Shown here: piece after piece, positions 13,301-22,493 of the stretch
Position numbering within the stretch: position 1 is the first letter of the stretch
Layout: each line of letters begins with the position of its first letter
Assembly (NCBI GenBank): GCA_047495785.1
Contig: JBLDXI010000003.1
Coordinates: forward strand, 2,108,001-2,172,000
Length of the DNA stretch: 64,000 nucleotides
Reading direction: 5' to 3'
From: Lepidodermella squamata
Taxonomy: Eukaryota; Animalia; Gastrotricha
Position numbers and translations under genes: made by a program
Notes under the pieces: generated by a model
Database searches by the model: none
What the model was told of the DNA's origin: nothing
What the model saw: the letters and a program-made list of their open reading frames with translations, nothing else

Positions 13301-16300
13301 GCCGATTTCTTAATGAAGAAACCTCCAACAGGACAGGTTCTTAATGCGGCTATGAATAAATTTCGAGTTTGCAATACAAATATGATGAAAACTAATCCAG
13401 ATAATGTGATTTTTACGTGCTGCTGTTGTTTTGTTCCATGAATTTGATTTCCGTTCATTCACTCTTGGAAAAAGCAGTAAAAATTGAGAAGAACTGAAAA
13501 AAGTCGTGAGAAAAGGTAATGTTGCAACACTCTGATTGACTTTAAAAATTTCTGTGAGCTAAAACTTAAAAGCAAAAACATGATCGTTTCCACGGGATAA
13601 TGTCTTTTACCACTTGCAAAAGAATGGACGCAAAAACATTGACGTTACCTTAAAAAGCGTCTCTACGACGATTTTTGTGACATTTGACATGCGATTCCTT
13701 GCGAATCCTGTGGATAGACTTTTTGCGCGACCAGCCAGCCTGGTAGAGCAGATCTTGGGCTTTCCAACGATATCAAGAAATCGAAAATCCATCCACGGGA
13801 TCTCGTATGGGAGGGTCCCAAAGAAGACCCGTTGGCGGCCGAAAACAGCCCCTCTACAACGATATTTGTGACATTTCAGATTTATTGCGATTTCAGGTCA
13901 GAGATGGAAAAGCACGTCAGCGAAGCAGGAGAAGAAACGTAAGTTTCATTATTCCATTATTTCATTATTCTTTTATTATTATGAAAAGCACTTAACGCAA
14001 TCACACACCCCTCAATTTCATTCCTGAAAGCGAACAATAAATAACTAACAATGGTTAAAATGATTTGTTGCGTTTTCAGAGCTGAGATGGCCGCGCACGT
14101 GACCCAGGCGCGTGTAGACGTGTAAGTTTCTCTCTTTTATTGTCTTACTACTTAAAAATCACTTGATGCAATCGCACACTCCTCGATTTCTTTCCCGAAA
14201 AAGAATAATAACTAATACTAGTTGAAATGATTATTTGCGTTTTCAGGGCTGCGATGGCCGCACATCTCAACCAAGCTCGACGTGATTTGTAAGTTTCATT
14301 ATTCCATTGCCTTACTATTTTTAAAAGAACTTGATGCAATCACACACCCCTCGATTTCATTCTCGAAATGGAACCATCAATAACTACCACTGATTAATAT
14401 GATTTATTGCGTTTTCAGGGCTGAGATGTCAACGCAAGTCCGTCAAGCTCCTGCGGATTTGTAAGTTTCATTAGTCCATTCTCTTCCTATTTTCAAAAGC
14501 ACTTATTGCAATCACACACCCCTCGATTTCATTCTCGAAATGGAACCATCAATAACTACCACTGATTAATATGATTTATTGCGTTTTCAGGGCTGAGATG
14601 TCAACGCAAGTCCGTCAAGTTCGTGCGGATTTGTAAGTTTCATTATTCCATTCTCTTACCATTTTTTAAAGCACTTGATGCAATCACACACCCCTCTATT
14701 TCATCTCCAAGGGGTAATATTCTCTCAAATTAGCATCGAATGCATGGTTATTTAAGAAGAAAGTTATCGTGGAGTTATCAAGAAAGAAATTTGCAAAAAA
14801 CATGGATAATTGATAGTAAAACATATATGATGACCAGAAATTTGCCAGATAGCTTTCTTCTTGGCAACATTCCCAATATTCACTACAATTTACTTAACGA
14901 GTTTCGATAGGAAATATTTCTCTCGCTATAAAAACATGGGTCTTTCCATTACCTCTACCTCCATTGCCATCGTGTATATCTTCAGGAAAGTACTTTTCTG
15001 GGCGACAAAAGATCAGAGATCACATTACAAAGAACCAAGCATCTTCAGATAGATCTGGTCGAGGGAGCAATTTTTTGAAAATTTGAAAAAAGCAATTGAT
15101 TGAAAATGTGGAAATATGTTTTCGCATTTGGAAATAAACAATGAAAATGAAATTTGTCTCGCTGTGGATAAGGGTGCGGGATAAGCTATACCCCACCCGG
15201 CCCACCCTACAAACATGATTTTTTGCCAGTATCAATGAGTAAGCATTCATCTTCTCGCAAAATCATTAACATATGCACACTATTTTTTGTATGGGAGAAT
15301 GCAGAGAAATTTTTATCACGCTGCAATACACGTGGACGTCCACATGATGAACTGCGGGATGTGCGGGATGACTGCGGGAGGAATTCGTATATTTCCACCT
15401 TGAAAAAAACAATTTAAAGCCACTGACTGGTTGGAGGATTAAATTCTGTACCTTAGCTTAAATCGCATGTGAGATGCCGCAGTTGGAAGAAATTTACAGC
15501 TGGGTCAGTGATAGAAATCAATGCAAGTACCAATGTTGAACTGCAAACGTGAGTCCATGAACGGGCTGGAAAAAGAAGCGGAAGAAGCAAATGCAAAGAA
15601 CGACTTCAGAAAGCTGTACGAAGTCATCAAGCTTCTTGGAGGTGAAAAGCGAGGCGGTTGTTCGGCAGAGCGGGCGCCAAGCGCCAAACGATTGGCTAAC
15701 CGAGCTGATAGTCAAAATTCCGAAAAAGGGGACGTGACCAACTGCGACAATTGGCGGGTATCACCCTTCTCTCGATTCCTAGCAAGGTGTGAAAACCAGC
15801 GAGGAACAGGCTGGTTTTCGCTCGCTCCGTGGGTGCATCGACCAAATCTTTGCCCTGCGGAGTATTGCGGAACAGTGCCTTCTGTGGAATTGCCCGGCGC
15901 TTGAAAACTTTGACGACTCCAAGAACTGCGACTTCGACTGCGAAACCTTGTGGAAAATCCTCCGACACTACGGCATTCCGGACAAAATTGTTCGATTGAT
16001 CGCCATTTTCTACACTGACTTTGAGTGCCGAATAATGATGGAGGCTGGAGTAGAGAGCGAAGGTTTTGCTGTCAACTCAGTGTTAGGCAGGGCTGTCTCT
16101 TGTTCTGCGTCGCGATCGATTTCGTGATGCGAGCTGTTACCGAAGTGCTAGGCGCACCCACTGAGTTGCCCTTGGGTGGACGCCTCAGGGCAGACGGGTG
16201 GTGGAGCTGACAAAAACTACGTGGCGGGCTACCTTTGAAAACGACCTGCGCAGCATGGGGTTAAGTTGGGGATCGGCTCAGATCTTGGCCAGGGACTCAG

Positions 16301-19300
16301 TGGAGAAGAGCCAGCGAGGAGGCAGTGCGCTCTGCTAAGGGACTATACTAGAACTACTACTAATACTACCATTGTTTGGAGGTTATCGGAATTCCCAGAA
16401 AATCAAGAAAAAATCATCGAAGTTCGCTCCAAGTATCAGAAGGTAGCTCTTGGTATGAAGAATCTGTTTTCCTGAAAAAGTCGTTCAATTTAACTTTTTT
16501 TACTGTTTTTACTAGTTTTCATGGTTTATTTCCAAATGCGAAAACATATTTCCACATTTTAAATCAATTGCTTCCTGGTTAAATGTTGAAAAAATATTGC
16601 TCCTCTCGACCAGATCTATCTGAAGATGCTTGGTTCTTTGTAATGTGATCTTTTGTTGTCAAGAAATCGAGGTTTGAAATTTTGATATTTCCGATTTTTG
16701 GCCTCCAAGAAATTGATGAATCAGCAGGCCATCTGGCGCCCACGGCGTTACACCCTTTGTCTCGCGCTTAGTCAGTCTATACTGAACATTTGCCATTGCG
16801 TATACAGTAATATATACGCAATGGTAGATACGGTATAGAAGTATTTCGAAGCATACCCTCCCTGTAAAGGGCGCTTAAACCGGGCCCCGCACTGGGTGCG
16901 CCCCGCAACGCTTTCTTCGTATAGCTACGTATAGCTTATCCCGCACCCTTATCCCGCAGTCCCGCATCACGTGAACAAACTGCTCTCGGTATGAAGAATC
17001 TGTTTTCCTGAAAAATTCGTTCAATTTAACTTTGTTTGTAGCAATTTTCATTGTTTATTTCCAAATGCGAAAACATATTTCCACATTTTCAATCAATTGC
17101 TTTTTTCAAATTTTCAAAAAATTGCTCCCTCGACCAGATCTATCTGAAGATGCTTGGTTCTTTGTAATCTGATCTTTTGTTGTCAAGAAATCGAGGTTTG
17201 AAATTTTGATATTTCCGATTTTTGGCCTCCAAGAAATTGATGAATCAGCAGGCCATCTGGCGCCCACGGCGTTACACCCTTTGTCTCGCGCTTAGTCAGT
17301 CTATACTGAACATTTGCCATTGCGTATACAGTAATATATACGCAATGGTAGATACGGTATAGAAGTATTTCGAAGCATACCCTCCCTGTAAAGGGCGCTT
17401 AAACCGGGCCCCGCACTGGGTGCGCCCCGCAACGCTTTTTAGGTGAGATAGACGTGTCGCAGACACCCGAGAATCCATCTCAGAATTCGTTTCTTACATA
17501 AAGATTCCTTCATTTTTTGTTTTGTTCTAGTGCATCGGCTGGCACCCAGCACGCTGCAGTACGTATTAGGACTTACAGATGAATTACCTGCAAACAAAGG
17601 GCTGATCGATCGGACCGATCGCAAATATCGCGGGGCAGTCCATCACTGACGCAGCAAAGATAACTTCGGCTCAAATTCTTAACATCGCCTCCTTTCTGTT
17701 TGCGCTACAGCAACATCACTCAAGTCTACTGTTATTCAATATGCAGACGACACCACCATTTATTTCTCGGCTAAAAATGTGACTGAAATTGAAAGCGTTC
17801 TTCAAAAAGACCTTGACAATCTCGTACTATGGCTAGGTTCTAACTGTCTCAAAGTTAACGGCAAAAAATCCCAGCTAATGATCGTTACACTGAAATCAAT
17901 TGGCAAAATTAATATTACTATAGGCGGGGTCTCAATTGAACAGACAGATTCGATTTGTTTATTAGGCTTCACTCTAGACGAAAAACTGCTCTACAAGGAA
18001 CACATCGAGAAAGCTTGCTCTAAGGCTCGAAAAGGTATTTATGCGCTTCAATTAGCGGCAAAGAATGGCTTGAATAGGGACTGCCTGAAATCAATGGCAA
18101 ATGGCTTGATTTTTTCGCACTTACAGTACTGCGATATTATTCTAAATGAAGCCTGTCCGACTTCTCTTCAAAAACTACAATCTTTGCAGGATAAGGCTGT
18201 CAGAATTGTCATGAATGCGCCGGATTGTGCCGACCCTTCTCCTCTACGCGACGAGCTCAAATGGCTTGACCTTCAGGGCAAGCGAAACGTGCACATTGCC
18301 ACCTTAATGTACAGATGTCTTGCTGGTGATGCACCCGATGTTATAAAATCTATTTTTGTTCCTAATCCTCCATCTTCTACTCGTTCTTCACGTCTCAGCT
18401 TCAAAATTCCTACTATGAGACTTGACTACGGCCAGGCCTCTCTTAGTTACGCAGGGCCTCTCTTGTTTAACAATTTACCACTCCACTTTCATTGTCCTCA
18501 TCATCGCCCAGTCGATATTACTTCCTATACTAGCCTCCCTCCACGATGCGATTGCGGCTTCAAAATCTGTTACAATGCTCACTCTTGCCGACAACTTGTT
18601 TACAATTTTCTGTTGACTAAACCTAAGCTCAAATCATATAAATGCTAAATTTTGTACATCTTTTGTTTTGTTATTATCAAACTTTGAAACGGATTGAAAC
18701 ATGACTCGAATTTTCTGCCACTTTTATACCACTTGAAACTTTTTGTTATCGTGCTCTCAACTTTGGGATTTATGCACTTAAATAAAATAAATAAAAGAAA
18801 CATTTTGGTGAAGTGGTACATGCGTAATACGGGCGTAATAGAGTGGGAATCGATTTTCAAGCCGAAGTTATCGAGCGGCATTGTTGTTATTTACTGCAAA
18901 TGTACTCGGACGCGCCTCAGCAATTCGAGCTCTGCAATTCATGACAAAATAAATCGATGATTATTACACCGTACCCACATATTTTTAGTGAAGTTTCCCA
19001 CATTAGCATTTGCAGCTCAGCACTAAATTAAGGAAAGATTGTATATATACCGGCTTCCACGTTCAACTTGTTCCCGAATTAAAAAAGTTTTTAGTTCTAG
19101 AAAACTGGGTGTCCTCCGGTGTCCTCGGGTTTTTTTCATTTGTCAGGTCAACCTGTAGCTACAAAAAGTATTTAGCATCATAGGCGGATCGAGGTCTTTA
19201 CTCATACGTGGAACTGACATTTAATGGGATCATTCTGAGTTTTTTGTGCTATTACCCGTTTATGGACCTCAGCGTCTTTTTATCTTTAAAAATAACCTGA

Positions 19301-21401
19301 AATTAAGAGATGGCGGAGATAGGCGCAAATAATATACATATTGTTGCTTTGTGTTGTCTCATTTCGAATAATGAGCCGCGTGAAAACAGTCGATAACTAC
19401 TTATCGATTTTATTTATCTACAATGCACCAGATACAGAATGAATTGATTAAACGAAGGCAAAATCAATTGATCAATGATGCCAGGACCATTTTTTCTACC
19501 GGTTTTACTCAAGATCGTGCTGCCCTTGCATCAGCCACCTTCGCTATGCATTAAATGATTAAATCCGCTAAGAAAATTGAGTTTGTGCAACAGGTTTTGT
19601 GCAACTGCATGTGTGAAAAATCGATTTTGTGCAAAAGTACAGGTAAATCCATTTCGCCAATGAAACTCTTCGATTTCTTAAGAAAATTCGACATTAACTT
19701 GACAACTGCGGCTTTATGTGGCCACCCTTTATATGAGTTTTGATCAAAATCTATATCGAATTTTAGTTCGTTAGTCGCTTCAACGACCATAATACTTGGC
19801 ACTTTACTATCATGGGGAACTGTCTGGCCGGTCTATTTCCGCAAGTGGCTATTGAACGGTAAGCTTATATTGCCAAAATAACCAGATCACTAACAATAGT
19901 CTTATTCAAAACTATTTTATAGGATAAAGCTTGTTGGTATAACAATTAACATGTTTGTAATTTCAGGCAACGCATGGCCGATCTATTTGCCGAGGCAGAA
20001 AAAAACCAGTAAGTTTGCGCATGCGACGGATTGAGCCAAGATGCCAAGACGCGTTTGTTTCTTTTTCCGTCACACTGTTACAGCATTGGCATCTTGAATT
20101 GATTAGCTGAATTGAGTAGACTCAAACGTGGTATTCTACGAATGACATAATAAAAATTAAATAGATATAAAAATGCCATTGATTACTGTAATTTATTTAC
20201 ATGTGATTTCAGGGAGATTTTCGAACAAAGAATGGGATTAATGATGGCGCAGTTGGCGAATCTCATCCAAGCGCTGTCGGATTTTGTATTCGACGAAACG
20301 AAGCCGGAAGAGTAAGTTATTGATTTCGCGCCGAATCTCATTTTGAATTTCTCAAAACGGATATCTCCGTTGTTCACCAAATGTTGCATGCATATTATGG
20401 AAAGCAGCAATTTTTCGAGGTAGGCTCTTGTTATGCTTTGAGGTAGGCAATCCGACCTCTATTGCGATAAAAAAACCTCGTTTTCACCTTTCACTAATAT
20501 GGTTTCATTTGACTTGATGATATCAAGACTGATCAGCAATAGCCTAGATCTTATACCACGTGAAAGAGTAGCTCGCGTTCTACATGCATGCAAAGTTTGG
20601 TGGAAAAGGGAGATATCCGTTTTGAGAACCACTCTATTAATTACAGCAGATCAAAATTGTAGATTGAGTGCTTTTACTCTGGTCATTTTTTTCAAATAAT
20701 ATGGTGATTTCTTAACAATTTCAGGAAGGAAATGGCCAATGTCATGAAAGAAGCAAGAGAAAGCGCGTACGTTTTATTATGTTTTTGACCGATTAAAAGA
20801 AGGAGGACCCAGAGGTTTCCCAACTTACGGCGTCGTAGTTATTCATGTAGAATCAGTAGCATATGAAGCTGAAGTAATTTCTCGGAAAATTCATTAATTT
20901 TGATCAATTCGATCGCAAAGATCCTAAGATTTATACGTCGCGACTTGCGTGCCATAACAGTGTGTGCCGGAAATAGAAACAAATGGCGTAATGCATTTGA
21001 TTCGCAGAAAAAACTGGTGTTCATCTTTTTTCCAGCGATTATCAGGCACGCGACTGACTTGGCGAAGGTGCAAAAAGTTAGTTTTGCGTCTTTTGTTTTT
21101 ATATGTCCGACACATTGCTATGGCGCGCAAGTCGCGAAATGATCGATGCTGTGGGTCGATAAGCAAGTAGCAATTCGAGTGGTGACCTTCCCCTTCACCT
21201 TATACCTAAAATACCAGAAGAGGTGTTAAAAATGAATATCGTGATCGTAAATCTGTTTGATCCTTTAATTTCCAAGTGTCGCAACTTCAACTGAGAAACC
21301 ACTTTATGCAATCCCAAAATTCATGCCAACCTAAGTTCTTCTTCTTGTTTTGTTCCAGCCTAGCGGCTGTTGCCGAGAAACGTAAGCGAATCATGGCTTG
21401 A
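1389..21401 (+). CDS. Micro-exon gene encoding a putative N-myristoylated 14-aa-repeat coiled-coil protein (~320 aa, 22 coding exons)
   Basis: Exons read from AG/GT boundaries: 1389-1432 (MGNIFSTCRRSNDE), 4618-4659, 4790-4831, 4962-5003, 5134-5175, 5306-5347, 5478-5519, 5649-5681, 5811-5846, 5977-6012, 12262-12303, 12432-12473, 12623-12664, 13897-13938, 14080-14121, 14247-14288, 14419-14460, 14591-14632, 19967-20008, 20213-20311, 20725-20766, 21359-21401 (LAAVAEKRKRIMA-stop). All internal exons are phase 2-2 and multiples of 3, flanked by (T)TTCAG/TTCCAG and GTAAGT/GTGAGT/GTACGT. The joined CDS is 963 nt with no internal stop. AATAAA lies near 21514. Confidence 0.75.
2184..2430. mobile_element. 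hAT-type MITE
   Basis: Imperfect TIRs CAGTGTGCGA...TCGCGCCCTG, flanked by a near-perfect 8-bp duplication CTAGATAT / CTTGATAT. Confidence 0.6.
2664..4036 (-). pseudogene. Disrupted antisense gene nested in an intron: trihelix/Myb-SANT-like segment, coiled coil and Gln/Pro-rich tail
   Basis: LKEEYKREEARMKATGEEASTMRNYERLKDIRGKSPACLPP resembles the C-terminal half of trihelix Myb/SANT-like domains. MLEIERES...KIKEER splices (GT at ~3290, AG at ~2997) to LRQNNEMMRQQ...PPPPPP. The upstream pieces need frame changes to join. Confidence 0.4.
4560..6046 (+). repeat. Tandem ~172-bp exon+intron repeat array, block 1 (9 units), with an alternating 344-bp dimer structure
   Basis: Exon starts at 4618, 4790, 4962, 5134, 5306 and 5478 are exactly 172 bp apart. 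4790-5133 and 5134-5477 are essentially identical. Conserved intron motifs CACTTGATGCAATC and TTGCGTTTTCAG recur in each unit. Confidence 0.95.
6205..6275 (-). other. tRNA-derived remnant or SINE head
   Basis: The minus strand reads GACCGGTGGCGCAATCG (A-box-like) ... GGTTCGATTCCCGC (B-box), followed by a T-run. There is no clean anticodon arm. Confidence 0.4.
7488..8416 (+). CDS. Transposon-borne PB1-domain plus Myb/SANT-like protein (exons 7488-7821, 8046-8416)
   Basis: IVKVTIG...YGLFWHDGDHFVIIDDDDDLLLAF matches the PB1 basic Lys and acidic OPCA motif. Exon 2, joined in phase 1, encodes YDKVKEVPLLKAV...HFHQILKEM...FGGRTVTNVMSKMNQYR, a Myb-like helix pattern. Confidence 0.55.
8531..8902 (+). 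CDS. Small basic zinc-finger protein (C2H2/C2HC-like) within the transposon
   Basis: Contains KCRLCDKTFFDSSGLKKHLQLYC and is Lys/Arg-rich. It may be a 5' exon of the transposase, but no clear in-phase donor was found. Confidence 0.5.
   Translation: MAAMELDETTAESELRLTRSEWLELEKSKKKTSRSLRVKGQRRVMGKFVGKKPHRIGFRRKCRLCDKTFFDSSGLKKHLQLYCKKTGSLALTEKEIEELIYWSKKNYFVKQNEAPKRRSSMKN
8980..11191 (+). CDS. Sola1-like DDD transposase, ~685 aa, 4 exons (8980-9653, 9705-10174, 10227-10530, 10582-11191)
   Basis: Three ~51-nt GT-AG introns join the ORFs in frame. Motifs: VCSKFFHSALGL, GHYVRK, KKDKCCKC, and candidate catalytic aspartates in QLDYEK, YSDNGTG and HTMMVVDHCHS. No stops after splicing. Confidence 0.8.
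11697..11792. repeat. 25-bp tandem repeat with internal palindrome CTGTACT-TGA-AGTACAG (~4 copies)
   Basis: Directly visible. It is part of the GTACAG-rich subterminal region of the transposon. Confidence 0.9.
12160..12745 (+). repeat. Same ~172-bp exon+intron repeat, block 2 (3 units)
   Basis: The repeat resumes mid-intron (TTTAAAAGATCTTGATGCAGTCAC) immediately after the transposon's right end. 42-nt exons start at 12262, 12432 and 12623. Confidence 0.9.
13875..14705 (+). repeat. Same ~172-bp exon+intron repeat, block 3 (5 units)
   Basis: 42-nt exons start at 13897, 14080, 14247, 14419 and 14591, with the same intron motifs. Confidence 0.9.
15000..17180. repeat. Long inverted-repeat pair (~15000-15195 vs ~16930-17180); probable non-autonomous DNA element
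   Basis: 15019-15150 is the reverse complement of ~17040-17175. GGATAAGGGTGCGGGATAAGCTAT (~15165) is inverted at ~16930-16955. Confidence 0.7.
15521..16370 (+). mobile_element. Decayed, internally deleted RTE-clade LINE
   Basis: Frameshifted RT motifs KGDVTNCDNWR, EEQAGFRSLRGCIDQIFALR, LWKILRHYGIPDK and VRQGCLL. A C-terminal KTTWRATFENDLRSMGLSW segment follows, then an (ACT/TAC)n tail at ~16341-16370. Confidence 0.8.
16446..17437 (+). repeat. Direct repeat of ~460 bp (16446-16915 and 16982-17437)
   Basis: Both copies run from GCTCT(T/C)GGTATGAAGAATCTG to CCCCGCAACGCTTT with few differences. Confidence 0.9.
17685..18796 (+). mobile_element. 5'-truncated CR1/L2-group LINE (RT C-terminal part, open to stop at 18648)
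   Basis: YADD at 17740-17751 is in frame with ORF 17779-18648 (LKVNGKKSQLM, LLGFTLDEKL, HLQYCDII). An A-rich AATAAAATAAATAAAA tail lies at ~18781-18796. Confidence 0.85.
20938..21136. mobile_element. ~200-bp MITE
   Basis: TCGCGACTTGCGTGCCATAACAGTGTGTGCCGGA at the left end is inverted as TCCGACACATTGCTATGGCGCGCAAGTCGCGA at the right end. Confidence 0.65.
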
Positions 21402-22493
21402 AGCGCCGTTCAGCTAATGTCATCTAATCATATACTGATCGATCGAACTTATGCTTATCATTATCGTAATAATCATATCATTTGATGCGTGTTTAGTGTA
21501 GAAATTATTTGCCAATAAAATGATGATGATATCTACCGAAATGAGGTACAATTTCGTCCAGCTTAATACTACTTTTGGAGAAAAATTCAAGAAGCATTTC
21601 AGAAAAATCACCGATCACCTGAAGTACAAGGAAAGTCGGAAATTAGTCCTCAATGGAATCATGAAACATTTTTTGCCTGAAAATGAAGGTAACATAAAGG
21701 TAAAGCTGAATACTGCCCAGGTGGAACTCCAAATTTCAAGTGGCCGAATTCCTCGTAAAGTGACGGTATCGCCGAAGCTCGATCACTCAGAAAAGTGTTT
21801 TGGGACCCAACTGGATCTATTCGACCCTGGAGGGCCTATTAGACCCTATTAGACCCTATTGGAATCCAATCGGCAGTAACAATATTCTAGTCTGAATCGC
21901 TATCGAAATCGCTTTTAAAAACACGAGAAGAAAACAAATTTATAGGTTTCGTCACCTTTTTATTTTTTTTAAATCAAGGTGAGCTCTGAAATTTCTCAAA
22001 ATTAAACAGTTCGTCCAGAATCTTCGCCTCAAACTTCCACATTTTTTCCAAATTTTGCTGACGAAAGGTTATTTCTAAAAATTGAAAACAACGTATTTTG
22101 TCCACAGCGTTAGGACCCCTTGCGGTATGTAAATTAAGACTTCTACCGTTGTCTTCAATATTTCTTTTCCTGAAGTTACCGATTTTTAGAAATTGCGTTG
22201 GAATTGGACAAAATGTACCCCAATACAGTGGTGAATTGAAGTCATGAATTGAACTTACAGCCTGACACCTTCCATTATTTGTACAAACAGCATGTGTGCA
22301 AACAGCCCCGGCAAATCGTAAGAGCTTACGGCGCCATACGTTGTATCCTCCTCATTCCGAAAAAGCTCAAATTTCGCCAACATCTTGACTTTCCAATTCC
22401 AAAGGTAGTTGAATCACGTTGCCTGCGTAATTTCTATAATTCAATTTTAGAGGTTTTTTATTAATTTTCTTAATAATTGATAAGCTCCACGTG

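Noticed and set aside
12975-13856. Possible Tc1/mariner-like element starting TACAGGGTGTTTCAG
   Set aside because: No convincing matching right TIR. The block is foreign to the array but cannot be classified.
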